The notes beneath the pieces were generated by a model. That model saw only the letters and a list, made by a program, of their open reading frames with translations, did not search any database and was not told the origin of the DNA. Made by a program: the position numbers and the translations under genes. Of a stretch of 64,000 bases of DNA, positions 32,866-43,460 are shown in pieces. The stretch spans positions 65,708 to 129,707 of the forward strand of contig JACPSJ010000004.1 of the NCBI GenBank assembly GCA_016193315.1. Reading direction: 5' to 3'. Source of the DNA: Candidatus Kerfeldbacteria bacterium (GTDB lineage Bacteria; Patescibacteriota; Patescibacteriia; SBBC01; CAIJZX01). Each line of letters opens with the position of its first letter. The stretch's first letter is position 1.

Positions 32866-33912
32866 ATGTCCCGAATTCTTTCAGGAATCCGGCCATCCGG
32901 CCAACTCCACTTGGGAAACTACTTGGGCGCGATCAAACAATGGATCGCGCTTCAAGACCAGCACCAAGCGTTTTTCATGGTGGCTGACTTGCACGCCATC
33001 ACCACGCCGTACGAAGTCGAAAGCCTGCAACCTCAGATTCGAGAAACAATCCTCGATTACCTGGCCGCCGGCCTCGATCCCGCCAAAACGACGCTTTTTA
33101 TCCAGTCGCAGGTGCCGGCCCACGCCGAGTTGATGTGGCTACTTAGTACGATCACGCCCATCGGTGAACTTCAGCGAATGGTCCAGTATAAGGAAAAATC
33201 AGCCGCCAATCCTGACTTTCAAAACGCCGGCATTCTCAACTACCCAATCCTGATGGCCGCCGACATCCTGGCCTATAAAGCTGATCGTGTGCCGGTCGGC
33301 GACGACCAGGGACAACACGTCGAGTTGGCGCGCGACGTAGCCAAGAAATTCAACCGCCTCTTCGGCCAAACCTTCCCTGAACCACTAGCCGTGTTTGGTG
33401 GCGGTAAACGGATCATGTCGCTGGCCAACCCGATGGAAAAAATGAGTAAAACTGGCGGCGAGGGCATTGCCCTGACTGATGAAGAATCGACCATCAAGAA
33501 GAAAATCCAGAAGGCCGTATCCACCAGTGAACCGCGGGTAATTCGGGAGGCCTTTCGAGCGGCTGAACAAGGGGAGCGCGGGCCCGAGATCCAGTGGCAA
33601 GGCGACCCTACCCTGCTGAAACAGTTCCATGGCGTCCGAAACTTGTTTACTATCCTGCTCGTCCTCGGCTTACCAAAAGATACGGCCCAATGGAAAGCCG
33701 CCGCCGAAGCCGGCAAAATTCAATTTTCACAATTTAAGCCAACCTTGGCCACGATCATCGCTGAACACTTCGCGCCGTTTCGCGCCCGGCGCGAGCAACT
33801 GGCTAAGGACGAAACATTCGTCCGCGGCGTCATTGACGAGGGCGGACTAAAAGCCAACCAGGTGGCCGAACAAACGTTGGCGGAGGTTCAGGCTAAGATG
33901 GGGTTGCGGTAA
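32866..33912 (+). CDS. trpS: Tryptophan--tRNA ligase
   Basis: HLGN (HIGH), YPILMAADIL, VPVGDDQ, KMSKT. Confidence 0.98.
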   Translation: MSRILSGIRPSGQLHLGNYLGAIKQWIALQDQHQAFFMVADLHAITTPYEVESLQPQIRETILDYLAAGLDPAKTTLFIQSQVPAHAELMWLLSTITPIGELQRMVQYKEKSAANPDFQNAGILNYPILMAADILAYKADRVPVGDDQGQHVELARDVAKKFNRLFGQTFPEPLAVFGGGKRIMSLANPMEKMSKTGGEGIALTDEESTIKKKIQKAVSTSEPRVIREAFRAAEQGERGPEIQWQGDPTLLKQFHGVRNLFTILLVLGLPKDTAQWKAAAEAGKIQFSQFKPTLATIIAEHFAPFRARREQLAKDETFVRGVIDEGGLKANQVAEQTLAEVQAKMGLR

Positions 33913-33927
33913 CATCTGACCAGCCGA

Positions 33928-34710
33928 TTAGTCTGACGTAAACTCGACCTGCTCGGCCAGAACTGGCCGTTCGAGTAACCTTGAAGCCACGGCACTGAAG
34001 AGCTGGGGATCGCCGGTGCAGAGGAAATGTTCCACCGGACCTGGGCTCGTTGGCTGGCCAGTTTTGAGCAACCGCCCTACCTGCTGCGCCACCGCCGCGC
34101 CCGAATCAAGCAGTGTCGCCCCCGGCCCGGCGGCCGTCTCAATGAGGCGCCGTAGAAAAACAAAATGCGTCGAGCCGAGCACATGAGTGTCGACACCCTC
34201 GCGGCGCAACGGGTCGATAACGTGCCGCACTGCTGCCTCGGCGGCGGCGTTATCAACGCTCCCTTTCTCGACCAACATCACCCACTCCGGACATCGTTGA
34301 TCAACCACGGTCACCGATCGAGCAAAGCTCTGTTTGAGTTTCTGGTAGCCATCGCTCTTGAGTGTCGCCGCCGTGGCCAACACTGCGATCCAGCCGGTCT
34401 TGGTCAGTGCGGCCGCGGGTTTGAGTGCCGGCACGATGCCGACGAACGGAATGTCTGGGTTGACCTGACGGAGATGTGCCAGGGCGATGGTCGAAGCGGT
34501 GTTGCAGGCTACCACAATCAGATCCGGTTGGTAGCATAGCAGAAGCTTGATGGCCTGGCTGGAAAGCCGCCGGATTTCAGCTTCTTCCCTCTTCCCGTAG
34601 GGAACATGCGCCGTGTCCGCCAGGTAAACCATCGGCTCGTTCGGTAGGAAGCGGCGGATTTCCTGCCAAACGCTCAGGCCGCCGACGCCGGAATCGAACA
34701 GGGCCACCAT
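33928..34710 (-). CDS. murI: Glutamate racemase (second catalytic Cys replaced by Ser)
   Basis: FDSGVGGLSV, PYG, VACNTAS, LGSTHF. Confidence 0.92.
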   Translation of the reverse strand: MVALFDSGVGGLSVWQEIRRFLPNEPMVYLADTAHVPYGKREEAEIRRLSSQAIKLLLCYQPDLIVVACNTASTIALAHLRQVNPDIPFVGIVPALKPAAALTKTGWIAVLATAATLKSDGYQKLKQSFARSVTVVDQRCPEWVMLVEKGSVDNAAAEAAVRHVIDPLRREGVDTHVLGSTHFVFLRRLIETAAGPGATLLDSGAAVAQQVGRLLKTGQPTSPGPVEHFLCTGDPQLFSAVASRLLERPVLAEQVEFTSD

Positions 34711-34738
34711 ACGACAATTCTTAGCCGCGGCTGCTTGG

Positions 34739-36166
34739 TTACAGCAACGCTTCGGTATTGGTGTTGATCGTGGATTTCCAATCGATCTCGGGAAATCCTT
34801 GCAGCAGCTTTCGAATGTCCTGTTTCAGCTGGTCGTACTGTGCCTGCTGCTTAGCCTCAAACTTAATGGTGATGTATGGGCCATTTTGGGAGTACCGCAG
34901 CACGAACATGTTGCCCTCCCGACTGACTCGCAAACCGTCGCCAGCCCTCTCATCGTCGATAATTTCTGCGTCGGGATGATCACGGGTAACGATGCCGGCG
35001 ATCTTTGTCGTCAGCCCGACCTTCTTATCATCGGCACAAAAGAGTTTTATTTCCGGACTGGATATGTATTGCGGCAGGGTCGCCACCGCCTTCGACAGTG
35101 ACTGCCCAGTGGTAGCCAGGTATTTTAGTAAGCGCATTGTCGAGTACAAACCATCATCGTGATTGTAGAAATCGGCCGAAAAGAAAAAGTGGCCGGACAG
35201 TTCGCCGATGAAGGCTGCTTTGACCTCTTGATTCTTCTTCTTCAGGAAAGAATGTCCGGTTCGCCACATGAACGGTCGGCCGCCGTGTCGAATAATCGTT
35301 TCGGGCACAACTTGCGAACACAGGGTGTTAAACATTATGGTTGCACCTGGGTGATCGTGTAACACACTCGCCGCTAACAACGCAACCAGCACATCGTTCC
35401 AGATGATCCCGCCCTGTTCATCCACCACCCCGATTCGATCGCCGTCCGAATCGTAGGTGAAACCAATGTCGGCGCCAGTCTCGACCACCTCTTGGCTCAG
35501 TCGTCGGGCCACGTGTCCATCAGTTGGATCGGCCACGCCCAGCGGGAAGGTCGGATCGACATTGGTGTGGCGCTCAATCACCTCGCAGCCGGCTCGGCGC
35601 AGGCAATCCGGCACAATCGCGCCGGCCGTGGTACAGCTTGAGTCAATGAGAACAGTAAACCTTTTTTTCAGTGGGAGTCGTCGAATGAGGTCATTGTAGT
35701 AGGCCTCGCGAATATCGATCGTTTCGACCGATCCCATTGATTGACCCTGATCGTAGTCCTCGTTCTCGACCAGGCGTCGGAGTCCCTGGATCCCGTCGGA
35801 CACTAATGTTTCCGAAAAATCATTGGCGAACTTGAAGCCGTTGTATTGCGGCGGGTTATGCGAGGCGCTGACATAGACACCGCCGCGGCGATTCAAGTGG
35901 TACTGGGACCAGTAAAGCGTCCCCACCATCTGCATACCGATGTCGACCACACTGATCCCGGCCCAAGACAAGCCGCGAATTATCGCCGCACTGTAAGCTG
36001 GGCTGGTCGCCCGCGAATCGCGGCCGACCACAGCCGCCGTTGTCCCGCGTCGCTTCAAATACGTGCCAAAGGCCTTACCCAGGTGTTTCGCCAGATCTTC
36101 GCTCAGGTCTTTGGCGACTTCGCCGCGCAAATCATAGCCGCGGAAAATGGCTGGGTTTACTTTCAT
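34739..36166 (-). CDS. Phosphomannomutase/phosphoglucomutase
   Basis: FRGYDLRG, SASHNP, DSDGDR, GELSGH. Confidence 0.95.
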   Translation of the reverse strand: MKVNPAIFRGYDLRGEVAKDLSEDLAKHLGKAFGTYLKRRGTTAAVVGRDSRATSPAYSAAIIRGLSWAGISVVDIGMQMVGTLYWSQYHLNRRGGVYVSASHNPPQYNGFKFANDFSETLVSDGIQGLRRLVENEDYDQGQSMGSVETIDIREAYYNDLIRRLPLKKRFTVLIDSSCTTAGAIVPDCLRRAGCEVIERHTNVDPTFPLGVADPTDGHVARRLSQEVVETGADIGFTYDSDGDRIGVVDEQGGIIWNDVLVALLAASVLHDHPGATIMFNTLCSQVVPETIIRHGGRPFMWRTGHSFLKKKNQEVKAAFIGELSGHFFFSADFYNHDDGLYSTMRLLKYLATTGQSLSKAVATLPQYISSPEIKLFCADDKKVGLTTKIAGIVTRDHPDAEIIDDERAGDGLRVSREGNMFVLRYSQNGPYITIKFEAKQQAQYDQLKQDIRKLLQGFPEIDWKSTINTNTEALL

Positions 36167-36227
36167 CGCGAGCAAAACATCTTCCTAAACAGGATTATCA
36201 GTATACCATTGTGCTACAATCACTACC

Positions 36228-37052
36228 ATGTTTTTTCTTCACTCCTGGCACCCGCAGTCGGTGGCCTTCACCATCGGTAATTTCACCGTTCACTGGTATG
36301 GCATTTACCTCGCCCTCGGTGCCCTGGCCGGTTACTGGCTGATTAGTAGGCTGGCCAGGCTAGTCAATGTCGAGGAACGGCACGTGGCTAACCTATTCCT
36401 CTGGCTGGTACCAACTGGTTTGCTTGGTGGCCGGCTATACCATGTAACCAACGAGTGGTCATACTACCTTGCCCACCCGGCTGAAATCGCAAAAATCTGG
36501 TCTGGCGGCTTGGCTATCCATGGCGCTGTCCTCGCTGGCTTGTTAGTCATATGGTCGTACGCCCGGAGGCATCACCTCGGCTTTTGGCGGCTGCTTGATA
36601 TTTTCACCCCCGGCCTGGCGCTCGGCCAAGCCATCGGCCGCTGGGGCAACTACTTCAACCAAGAACTTTTTGGGGGGCCGACTACTTTGCCCTGGGGCAT
36701 TCCCATCGAGCCGGCTTTTCGCCCGTCGGGTTACGAGCTGAGTGCGTATTTCCACCCCACCTTTCTCTATGAATCGCTGGGTCTGCTGCTTACCGTTATC
36801 CTGCTCGTCTGGCTCTTCTGGAAATCCACCGCGCGCCAAAACTTCTGGTCTGTGCCCGGTTCCATCGCCCTCCTGTACTTCTTCCTGGCCGGGCTGCTGC
36901 GTATCGGCACCGAGCTGCTCCGCATCGATCGGGTACCCATCCTGGCCGGCATCCGCTTGCCAATTCTGGCCAGCCTGCTTATCATGGTGGCGGCGGTCAT
37001 CATCCTGATCGTGCTTCACCGTCATCACCGTGCCCCTGCCAACCACCCTTGA
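36228..37052 (+). CDS. lgt: Prolipoprotein diacylglyceryl transferase
   Basis: HWYG, GGLAIHG, GRWGNYFNQELFG, HPTFLYES. Confidence 0.97.
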   Translation: MFFLHSWHPQSVAFTIGNFTVHWYGIYLALGALAGYWLISRLARLVNVEERHVANLFLWLVPTGLLGGRLYHVTNEWSYYLAHPAEIAKIWSGGLAIHGAVLAGLLVIWSYARRHHLGFWRLLDIFTPGLALGQAIGRWGNYFNQELFGGPTTLPWGIPIEPAFRPSGYELSAYFHPTFLYESLGLLLTVILLVWLFWKSTARQNFWSVPGSIALLYFFLAGLLRIGTELLRIDRVPILAGIRLPILASLLIMVAAVIILIVLHRHHRAPANHP

Positions 37053-38268
37053 ACCAAGACTGCGGAATCTGTTGCGCGCCGAGTTGAAACGACAGCGCGA
37101 AGGTTTAACGCTCATCGCTTCCGAGAATTACACCTCCCCGGCGGTGTTGAAAGCCATCGGCACCGTTTTGACCAACAAGTACTCCGAAGGCTACCCTGGC
37201 CGCCGCTACTACGGCGGAAATCAGGTCATCGACCAGATCGAGCAACTGGCCATCGATCGGGTCAAGAAACTTTTTGGGGCCGAGCATGCCAACGTCCAGT
37301 CCCACGCCGGCGCCATAGCCAACATCGCCGTCTATTTCGCTTTCTTGAAACCCGGCGACACCGTCTTGTCGATGGAGCTGCGGGCCGGCGGCCACTTGAC
37401 GATGGGCCACTCGCGGAACATTTCCGGACAGTATTTCCGCATTGTGCCGTATGGTGTCGATACGAACGGCTACATCGACTACGACGAGGTCGAACGCCTG
37501 GCCAACCAACATCACCCCAAAATGATCATCTCCGGGGCCTCGGCGTATCCACGGATCATTGATTTCCAGCGCTTCGGCGCGATCGCCAAGTCAGTGAGCG
37601 CCATTCACATGGCCGACATCGCCCACCTGGCCGGATTAGTGGCGGCTGGACTGCACCCCTCGCCAGTGCCTCACGCTGACGTGGTCACCATGACCACCCA
37701 CAAAACGCTGCGCGGCCCGCGCGGCGCCATCATCCTTTGTCGCCAGCCACGCGCCGCCCTGATCGATAAGGCTGTCATGCCCGGTATTCAGGGTGGTCCG
37801 CTGGAGCATATCATCGCCGGCAAAGCCCAAGCGTTCCATGAAGCGCTCCAGCCGTCGTTCAAGACATATCAACAGCAAATCATCAAAAACGCCGCGCAGC
37901 TGGCTAGTGATCTTGGCGCCCACGGCCTCAAGCTGTCGACCGGCGGTACCGATAATCACCTGGTTCTGACTGACGTCACGCCGTTCGGCCTAACCGGGGC
38001 GACCGCCGAAAAACTCCTGGAGGAAGTCGGCATCTATGCTAACAAAAACCTCATTCCTAACGACCCCCGCAAACCGCTTGATCCATCTGGCATCCGACTT
38101 GGCACCCCAGCTATCACCACTCGCGGCCTGAAGGAACCAGACGTTGAAGTTCTCGCTCACCTAATTATTGAACGTTTGACCAAACCCACCAGCCAATCTG
38201 TCAAACGATCGGTGGCCGCCGCGGTTAGACAGCTGACGCGCAAGTTCCCGATCTATCCTGATTTGTAA
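37030..38268 (+). CDS. glyA: Serine hydroxymethyltransferase
   Basis: LIASEN, NKYSEGYPG.RYYGG, TTHKTLRGPRG. Confidence 0.98.
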   Translation: MPLPTTLEPRLRNLLRAELKRQREGLTLIASENYTSPAVLKAIGTVLTNKYSEGYPGRRYYGGNQVIDQIEQLAIDRVKKLFGAEHANVQSHAGAIANIAVYFAFLKPGDTVLSMELRAGGHLTMGHSRNISGQYFRIVPYGVDTNGYIDYDEVERLANQHHPKMIISGASAYPRIIDFQRFGAIAKSVSAIHMADIAHLAGLVAAGLHPSPVPHADVVTMTTHKTLRGPRGAIILCRQPRAALIDKAVMPGIQGGPLEHIIAGKAQAFHEALQPSFKTYQQQIIKNAAQLASDLGAHGLKLSTGGTDNHLVLTDVTPFGLTGATAEKLLEEVGIYANKNLIPNDPRKPLDPSGIRLGTPAITTRGLKEPDVEVLAHLIIERLTKPTSQSVKRSVAAAVRQLTRKFPIYPDL

Positions 38269-38270
38269 TC

Positions 38271-39068
38271 ATGTCCGCCCGCCAACTCGACGGCCGAGCG
38301 GAGGCCGAGAAGATCCTGACGTCTTTGAAGCGGAAGATTGCGCGCCGCCGCCTGCGCCTGACACTCGCCACCATCCTCGTCGGCCGGCGTTTCGACTCCC
38401 TCCTGTACACCAAACTGAAGTCTCAGGCGGCGGCGCGCATCGGCATCAAGACCGAACGCTACCAGCTTTCGCCCAGTACCAGCCAGGCCAAATTGCGGAA
38501 ACTCATCCACCGCCTGAATCGACGCCAAACTATCAACGGCATACTTCTCCAGTTGCCGTTACCGCGCCACCTCGATACCGACCGCCTAGTTCGCGCTATT
38601 GCTCCGAAAAAAGATGCCGACGGGTTCCGAAGCCGATCGAAAGTTATCCCGCCGACCGTGGCCGCCGTTCTGCACCTCGTGAAGTTGGCCAGACCGCTGG
38701 CGCGGGCCGCGGTGGCCATCTTGGGACGGGATTCCGTATTCACACGAGAACTGAAACAACGGTTGGCGAGTCGCGGCTTCAAAGCCACGCTGTACCGCGC
38801 CACGCACCGGATTCCGGGTGCGACGAAAAATGCCAGCGTGGTGATCACCGCTCTTGGCCGCGGCCCGCGCCTGACTGCCAACCATATCAAGGACGGTGCG
38901 GTCATTATTGATGTTGGTATTCGACGGCTAACTGGAAAAACTCTTGGTGATGTGGCCCCGTCTGCTTGGACAACGGCGGCCGCCATCAGTCCCGTCCCGG
39001 GTGGGGTCGGCCCTCTAACGGTAGCCTATCTGTTGTATAATACCTACCACTTGGCATTATTGAAATGA
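38271..39068 (+). CDS. folD: Methylenetetrahydrofolate dehydrogenase/cyclohydrolase (divergent)
   Basis: GILLQLPLP, KDADG, VIIDVGI, PVPGGVGPLTV. Confidence 0.9.
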   Translation: MSARQLDGRAEAEKILTSLKRKIARRRLRLTLATILVGRRFDSLLYTKLKSQAAARIGIKTERYQLSPSTSQAKLRKLIHRLNRRQTINGILLQLPLPRHLDTDRLVRAIAPKKDADGFRSRSKVIPPTVAAVLHLVKLARPLARAAVAILGRDSVFTRELKQRLASRGFKATLYRATHRIPGATKNASVVITALGRGPRLTANHIKDGAVIIDVGIRRLTGKTLGDVAPSAWTTAAAISPVPGGVGPLTVAYLLYNTYHLALLK

Positions 39069-39144
39069 TCCCGTCAGAGCGCCCGATTTCCAAGCCCCTC
39101 TTTCGCTTTCCCCCGCTGGTTGCACTTGGTACCGCTCTAATGGG

Positions 39145-39507
39145 ATGATTCTCATTCGTTGGCTGATCAGCGCCTTGACCTTGATGCTCGTCGCCTACCT
39201 CGTGCCCGGGGTGGCGGTGGCCAGTTTTTATACGGCCCTGGTCTTAGCTCTCGTGCTTGGTTTCCTAAACGCCATTATTCGTCCGCTACTAATCTTCCTG
39301 ACCTTCCCGATCACCATTCTAACGCTTGGTCTATTCGCCTTCATCATCAATGCTGGTCTGTTTCTGTTCGCCAGTAGTTTTGTCAAGGGATTCGAGGTCG
39401 ATGGATTCGTATCGGCCCTCGTCGGGTCCCTCCTGTTGTGGGTTATGAATTGGATGATCAACGGCTTCCTCGATGTAACGAAGGGCGGTAAGATACGAAT
39501 GGTTTAG
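39145..39507 (+). CDS. YvlD-like (phage holin family) membrane protein
   Basis: LNAIIRPLL..LTFPITILTLGLF. Confidence 0.9.
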   Translation: MILIRWLISALTLMLVAYLVPGVAVASFYTALVLALVLGFLNAIIRPLLIFLTFPITILTLGLFAFIINAGLFLFASSFVKGFEVDGFVSALVGSLLLWVMNWMINGFLDVTKGGKIRMV

Positions 39508-39540
39508 GCCACCGAACTACCCAATTGGCCAGACCCAACA

Positions 39541-40038
39541 ATGCCTAAGCACTCCTCACCAGAACGGGCCCCACCCGAAGACCTAAAACCGACCGATCGA
39601 GACCGGGAATTTTTCACCACCTTTGACGAAACAATGGAAGACTTTGAACGGCGGGCAGACAAGACGCTCCCGCGCGAAGAACTTCCTGAGCACGTCGAAA
39701 CAGAAAGACGCCGGGCCGGACAGATGACTGACCGCTGGATGCGCGAACTCGAACAGTCGGCCGAACCGGCCGTCTACGATCAGTGGTATCGCAAATACTG
39801 GGCCGTCCACGCTGAAATCGTTACCTGGTGCGAGAGCCATACCGGACATGAAAAAGTGACTGACGTCCAACGGCGGCTTCAGGACACCGATGATGCCCTC
39901 AACGCCCTCGGCAAGATTCACGGGCAGGACCGGAACTATATTCAACAAGCAGTCAAACTGCTGATCGCCTCGCACGATCGGATCCAAGCCATGCTTCACG
40001 AGCTTCACGAAACCTTCCCGCCGGTTGGGTCAAAGTAA
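39541..40038 (+). CDS. Hypothetical protein
   Basis: 165 aa charged, helical-looking ORF co-oriented with its neighbours. Confidence 0.7.
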   Translation: MPKHSSPERAPPEDLKPTDRDREFFTTFDETMEDFERRADKTLPREELPEHVETERRRAGQMTDRWMRELEQSAEPAVYDQWYRKYWAVHAEIVTWCESHTGHEKVTDVQRRLQDTDDALNALGKIHGQDRNYIQQAVKLLIASHDRIQAMLHELHETFPPVGSK

Positions 40039-40092
40039 ACTCCGCTCTTAGCAATTCGCCAGGGCCACTGGTTCATGCTAGCATAGCGCCCT

Positions 40093-41172
40093 ATGTCCTT
40101 CTCAGTTGGCATCGTCGGCCTGCCCAACGTCGGCAAATCATCACTCTTCCAGGCCCTGACGAAAAAACAGGTTGATACGTCCAATTACCCGTTCGCGACC
40201 ATCGACCCCAACGTCGGTGTGGTGGCCGTGCCAGATGAGCGGTTGGAGCGATTGACGGCCCTGGAACATTCTGCCAAAACCGTACCCACGACGATCGAGT
40301 TCGTCGACATCGCCGGCTTGGTGAAGGGGGCCCACCAGGGTGAAGGACTCGGAAACAAGTTTCTATCACACGTCCGCGAGGTTGACGCCATTGTTGAGGT
40401 GGTGAGGGCCTTTGACGATCCGAACGTCATCCATGTCGCCGGCCAGGTCAACCCGCAGTCCGACGTCGAGACCATTGGCATCGAACTGGCCATGGCTGAC
40501 TTGGGGGTGGTCGACCGACGCCTGGCCAACATCGGCCTGGAGAAGAAAGCGGGTCTGACAAAAACTCTGGCGGCGGAGCTGGCACTGATGGAAAAACTCC
40601 GCCATCACCTGTCCGACGGGCATCCGATACGTAATTTGCTATTCACCGACGATGAACAGCTCCGGCTGAAACCTTTCAACCTGCTGACGGAAAAGCCGCT
40701 CCTCTATGTGCTGAACGTCAGCGAAGAACAGGTCAAAACGGCGGCGGCTTCCGCCTTTGGCTTACCGGCCGACCGCACCATCATCATGGCAGTCAAGACC
40801 GAACAGGAACTAGTGGACTTGCCCCCGGCGGAAGCCGCCGCCTATCTGAGGGAACTCGGCCTCAAACAATCCGGCCTTGATCGGCTCGTCGCCGCTGCTT
40901 ATCACGCGCTGCGTCTGGTCACTTTCCTTACCACCGGCCCCGATGAAACCCGGGCTTGGACCGTACCGGCTGGGACAAAATCGCCGGCCGCGGCCGGCGT
41001 CATCCACACTGACTTTGCCAAGCATTTCGTTCGGGCGGAAATCGTCAACTACGGTGGCCTGATTGCAGCCGGGTCATGGGAAGGAGCGAAAAAATCCGGT
41101 CAGCTGAGGATTGAGGGAAAGGAGTATGAAATACGGGATGGCGATGTAGTCTACTTTCGGACCACGGCCTAA
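40093..41172 (+). CDS. ychF: Obg-family ATPase YchF
   Basis: GIVGLPNVGKS, NYPFATIDPN, DIAGLV, AAGVIHTDF. Confidence 0.98.
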   Translation: MSFSVGIVGLPNVGKSSLFQALTKKQVDTSNYPFATIDPNVGVVAVPDERLERLTALEHSAKTVPTTIEFVDIAGLVKGAHQGEGLGNKFLSHVREVDAIVEVVRAFDDPNVIHVAGQVNPQSDVETIGIELAMADLGVVDRRLANIGLEKKAGLTKTLAAELALMEKLRHHLSDGHPIRNLLFTDDEQLRLKPFNLLTEKPLLYVLNVSEEQVKTAAASAFGLPADRTIIMAVKTEQELVDLPPAEAAAYLRELGLKQSGLDRLVAAAYHALRLVTFLTTGPDETRAWTVPAGTKSPAAAGVIHTDFAKHFVRAEIVNYGGLIAAGSWEGAKKSGQLRIEGKEYEIRDGDVVYFRTTA

Positions 41173-42377
41173 CGTTTTATCCACTTCCGGATCTGCCGCC
41201 GCAGACGAGCATCGGATCGTCCGTAGGACAAAACAAATCGATCGGTCACGCCAAGTACTCGCGCTGTTTCACTGCTCAGCAATGGGATTGGCTCGAATCC
41301 GAGGCTAGCCACGGCCTCGGCAATGTTCGGTCTGGATGGCTTTCCATTGATTGAGAACTCCGGCCAAATCATCACTACCCTACATCCAGCCGAGAGTGTT
41401 TTTGCCCACTGTTGAAAACTTTCCAGATACAGCCGTCCCAAGCGCCGCAATTGATCACTGAGAAATGCGGGTGTCTCTCGCCCGCGGAGGGCCGGGCCGA
41501 GATCCGGCTCAGTGACAATTACCGTCGGCCTGATCGTTGGGTGCCGGGCGTCTTGGAGGATGATGTCGACCGAGCCTTGGAGGTGCGGAAACTCCTTGAA
41601 TAGCCAGCGGATGTTTTCCTGCGCATTCTTGACGGCCCGCTGATTCGTGTCGTACCCGTGGAGCCGGCGCACACCCAACAATAGAGCTTCCTGGAGAATA
41701 GTCCCGGAACAGCAGAACGGATCAAGAAGTATGTCGTCTGGTTGAACCTGTGCGATGTTGAGCATCATCTGCGCCAACTTTGGCGGCACCATCCCACTCT
41801 TGGGATCGGCCGCCGGCCGGCCGTAGTCGCGAAGGCTGTACGCGCGATAGTCTTGGACGGCGATGGTCGCGCCGATGGCGGTGTATTGCTGGCCGCGGTA
41901 GATGACAATTTCTCGACCGCGCTTGAGCAACCCTTGGCGCACGACGGTCACGGCCGACAGCTGCGGTTCGCGCGAAGTCACCAGGCGGACCGGCCGGCCG
42001 GCGGCCGTCAATTCTTTCTTCAAACCAAAGAAGTGTCTCTGCGCTGCCTGGCGTTCGGCCCTCGAAACACCGTAAACGCTAACCCCAAAATCACCCCGAC
42101 CATCTGGTAGCTGCGATTGCAGCCACTCGGCCGTACAAACTCGTTTGACGTCGGCCAGGAAATCCCCAGTTTTGGTAACGCATTCCTCCACGCTCGCCAG
42201 TTTAACTGTCCCGCCTAAGCGGTCTACCGTGCCGGGCGGAAGGTTCTTTGATGATCTTACTAAAGCGACTTCCGGATGAACCGCTAACGGCGTTGCCTGC
42301 CACCCTCCTAAACGGGCTTCGATTTCCGCCACCGACAGCGCTGGTTCGCGGCCAAGGACAAAGAGGGTATCTGCCAT
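41169..42377 (-). CDS. TRM11-like SAM-dependent RNA methyltransferase
   Basis: RDYGRP..D.KSGMVPPKLAQMM, LLDPFCCSGTIL, VTEP. Confidence 0.8.
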   Translation of the reverse strand: MADTLFVLGREPALSVAEIEARLGGWQATPLAVHPEVALVRSSKNLPPGTVDRLGGTVKLASVEECVTKTGDFLADVKRVCTAEWLQSQLPDGRGDFGVSVYGVSRAERQAAQRHFFGLKKELTAAGRPVRLVTSREPQLSAVTVVRQGLLKRGREIVIYRGQQYTAIGATIAVQDYRAYSLRDYGRPAADPKSGMVPPKLAQMMLNIAQVQPDDILLDPFCCSGTILQEALLLGVRRLHGYDTNQRAVKNAQENIRWLFKEFPHLQGSVDIILQDARHPTIRPTVIVTEPDLGPALRGRETPAFLSDQLRRLGRLYLESFQQWAKTLSAGCRVVMIWPEFSINGKPSRPNIAEAVASLGFEPIPLLSSETARVLGVTDRFVLSYGRSDARLRRQIRKWIKR

Positions 42378-42409
42378 AGGGTCATGGTACCTAATAAAAA
42401 CCCCCATTC

Positions 42410-42757
42410 CTAGACCGGAACAGGGAGATTCTCGGCATCGATCGGCGGCTGCCAACCACGCTCTCTGGCGACCGTTTCCAGATGTATCAGCAGGTCGCCG
42501 ACGCTCCGCAAACGGCTGGTGACCGGCAGGCGAAGCTGGCAGGTAGGGCAAAGAAGAACAGCGTGCGTACTCGATGCCCGGCGGAGCGAAATCACTCCCT
42601 CGCAGACAGCATGGATACCAATCGACATGACCTGTTCGCCGTGGCGAGGAAAAGCTAATTCCTTACCAACCTCCCAGCCACGAACTTTGAGCGCTTCGCC
42701 GAATTCGGTTAAAACTACCACATAGGTTTGACGAGGATCGAAACCTTCAATGGTCAT
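42410..42757 (-). CDS. Hypothetical protein with CxxC
   Basis: HAVCEG...CPTC; GGAG upstream. Confidence 0.6.
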   Translation of the reverse strand: MTIEGFDPRQTYVVVLTEFGEALKVRGWEVGKELAFPRHGEQVMSIGIHAVCEGVISLRRASSTHAVLLCPTCQLRLPVTSRLRSVGDLLIHLETVARERGWQPPIDAENLPVPV

Positions 42758-42941
42758 GGCTATTCTCCAATGTGAAAGGGCCTGTGTCAACCCTAGACGC
42801 CGCCAGGTGGCTTGTCAATACTTGCCAGAAAAATGGCATTATGGTAAGTTCTGATCGCGATGGATCTGCTCTGAACCTTGGGTTTCAGGGCCCCCGAAAC
42901 TTTTTTTCGGGGTCCGAAAAGACATCATTTTTTGTTACCCC

Positions 42942-43436
42942 ATGAACCAACCATACGAAATGCTCTACATCATCCCCGGCAGCAAGACCGAGGAAGAAGC
43001 CAAGCAGGTGGCCGAAAGAATCCAGCAGCTGCTGCGTGACCAGGGAGCGACCATCAGCAAACAAGACTTCTGGGGCAAGCGTCGACTGGCCTACGAAATA
43101 CGACGTGCTCGGCAGGGATTTTATGACTACCTCGAGTTCGATCTTGACAGTCAAGCCCTGGCTCCCCTCGAACGGGCCCTGGGTCTCAACGAAGACGTGC
43201 TCCGGTACCAAGTGCTCCGTCGGATTGTCAAGACGCCGGAGCAGCTGGCCGCCGATCAACAACTGCGCGAACGGATCGCCGCTCGCCGCCAGGCGGAAAA
43301 AGAACGTCATACCGCGGCGGCCATGGCCACCGAGGCGCCACCGCCAACCCCCAGTGCGCCCGCCCCTCAAGTCAGCGGTCAAGAACTAGAGAAGAAACTT
43401 GAGGAGATTCTCGAGGAAGAGAAGGTTGACGTCTAA
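42942..43436 (+). CDS. rpsF: 30S ribosomal protein S6 (C-terminal extension)
   Basis: YEMLYII...WGKRRLAYEI; rpsF-ssb-rpsR synteny. Confidence 0.96.
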   Translation: MNQPYEMLYIIPGSKTEEEAKQVAERIQQLLRDQGATISKQDFWGKRRLAYEIRRARQGFYDYLEFDLDSQALAPLERALGLNEDVLRYQVLRRIVKTPEQLAADQQLRERIAARRQAEKERHTAAAMATEAPPPTPSAPAPQVSGQELEKKLEEILEEEKVDV

Positions 43437-43460
43437 TCTCACTCACTAACTTCACCCGCT

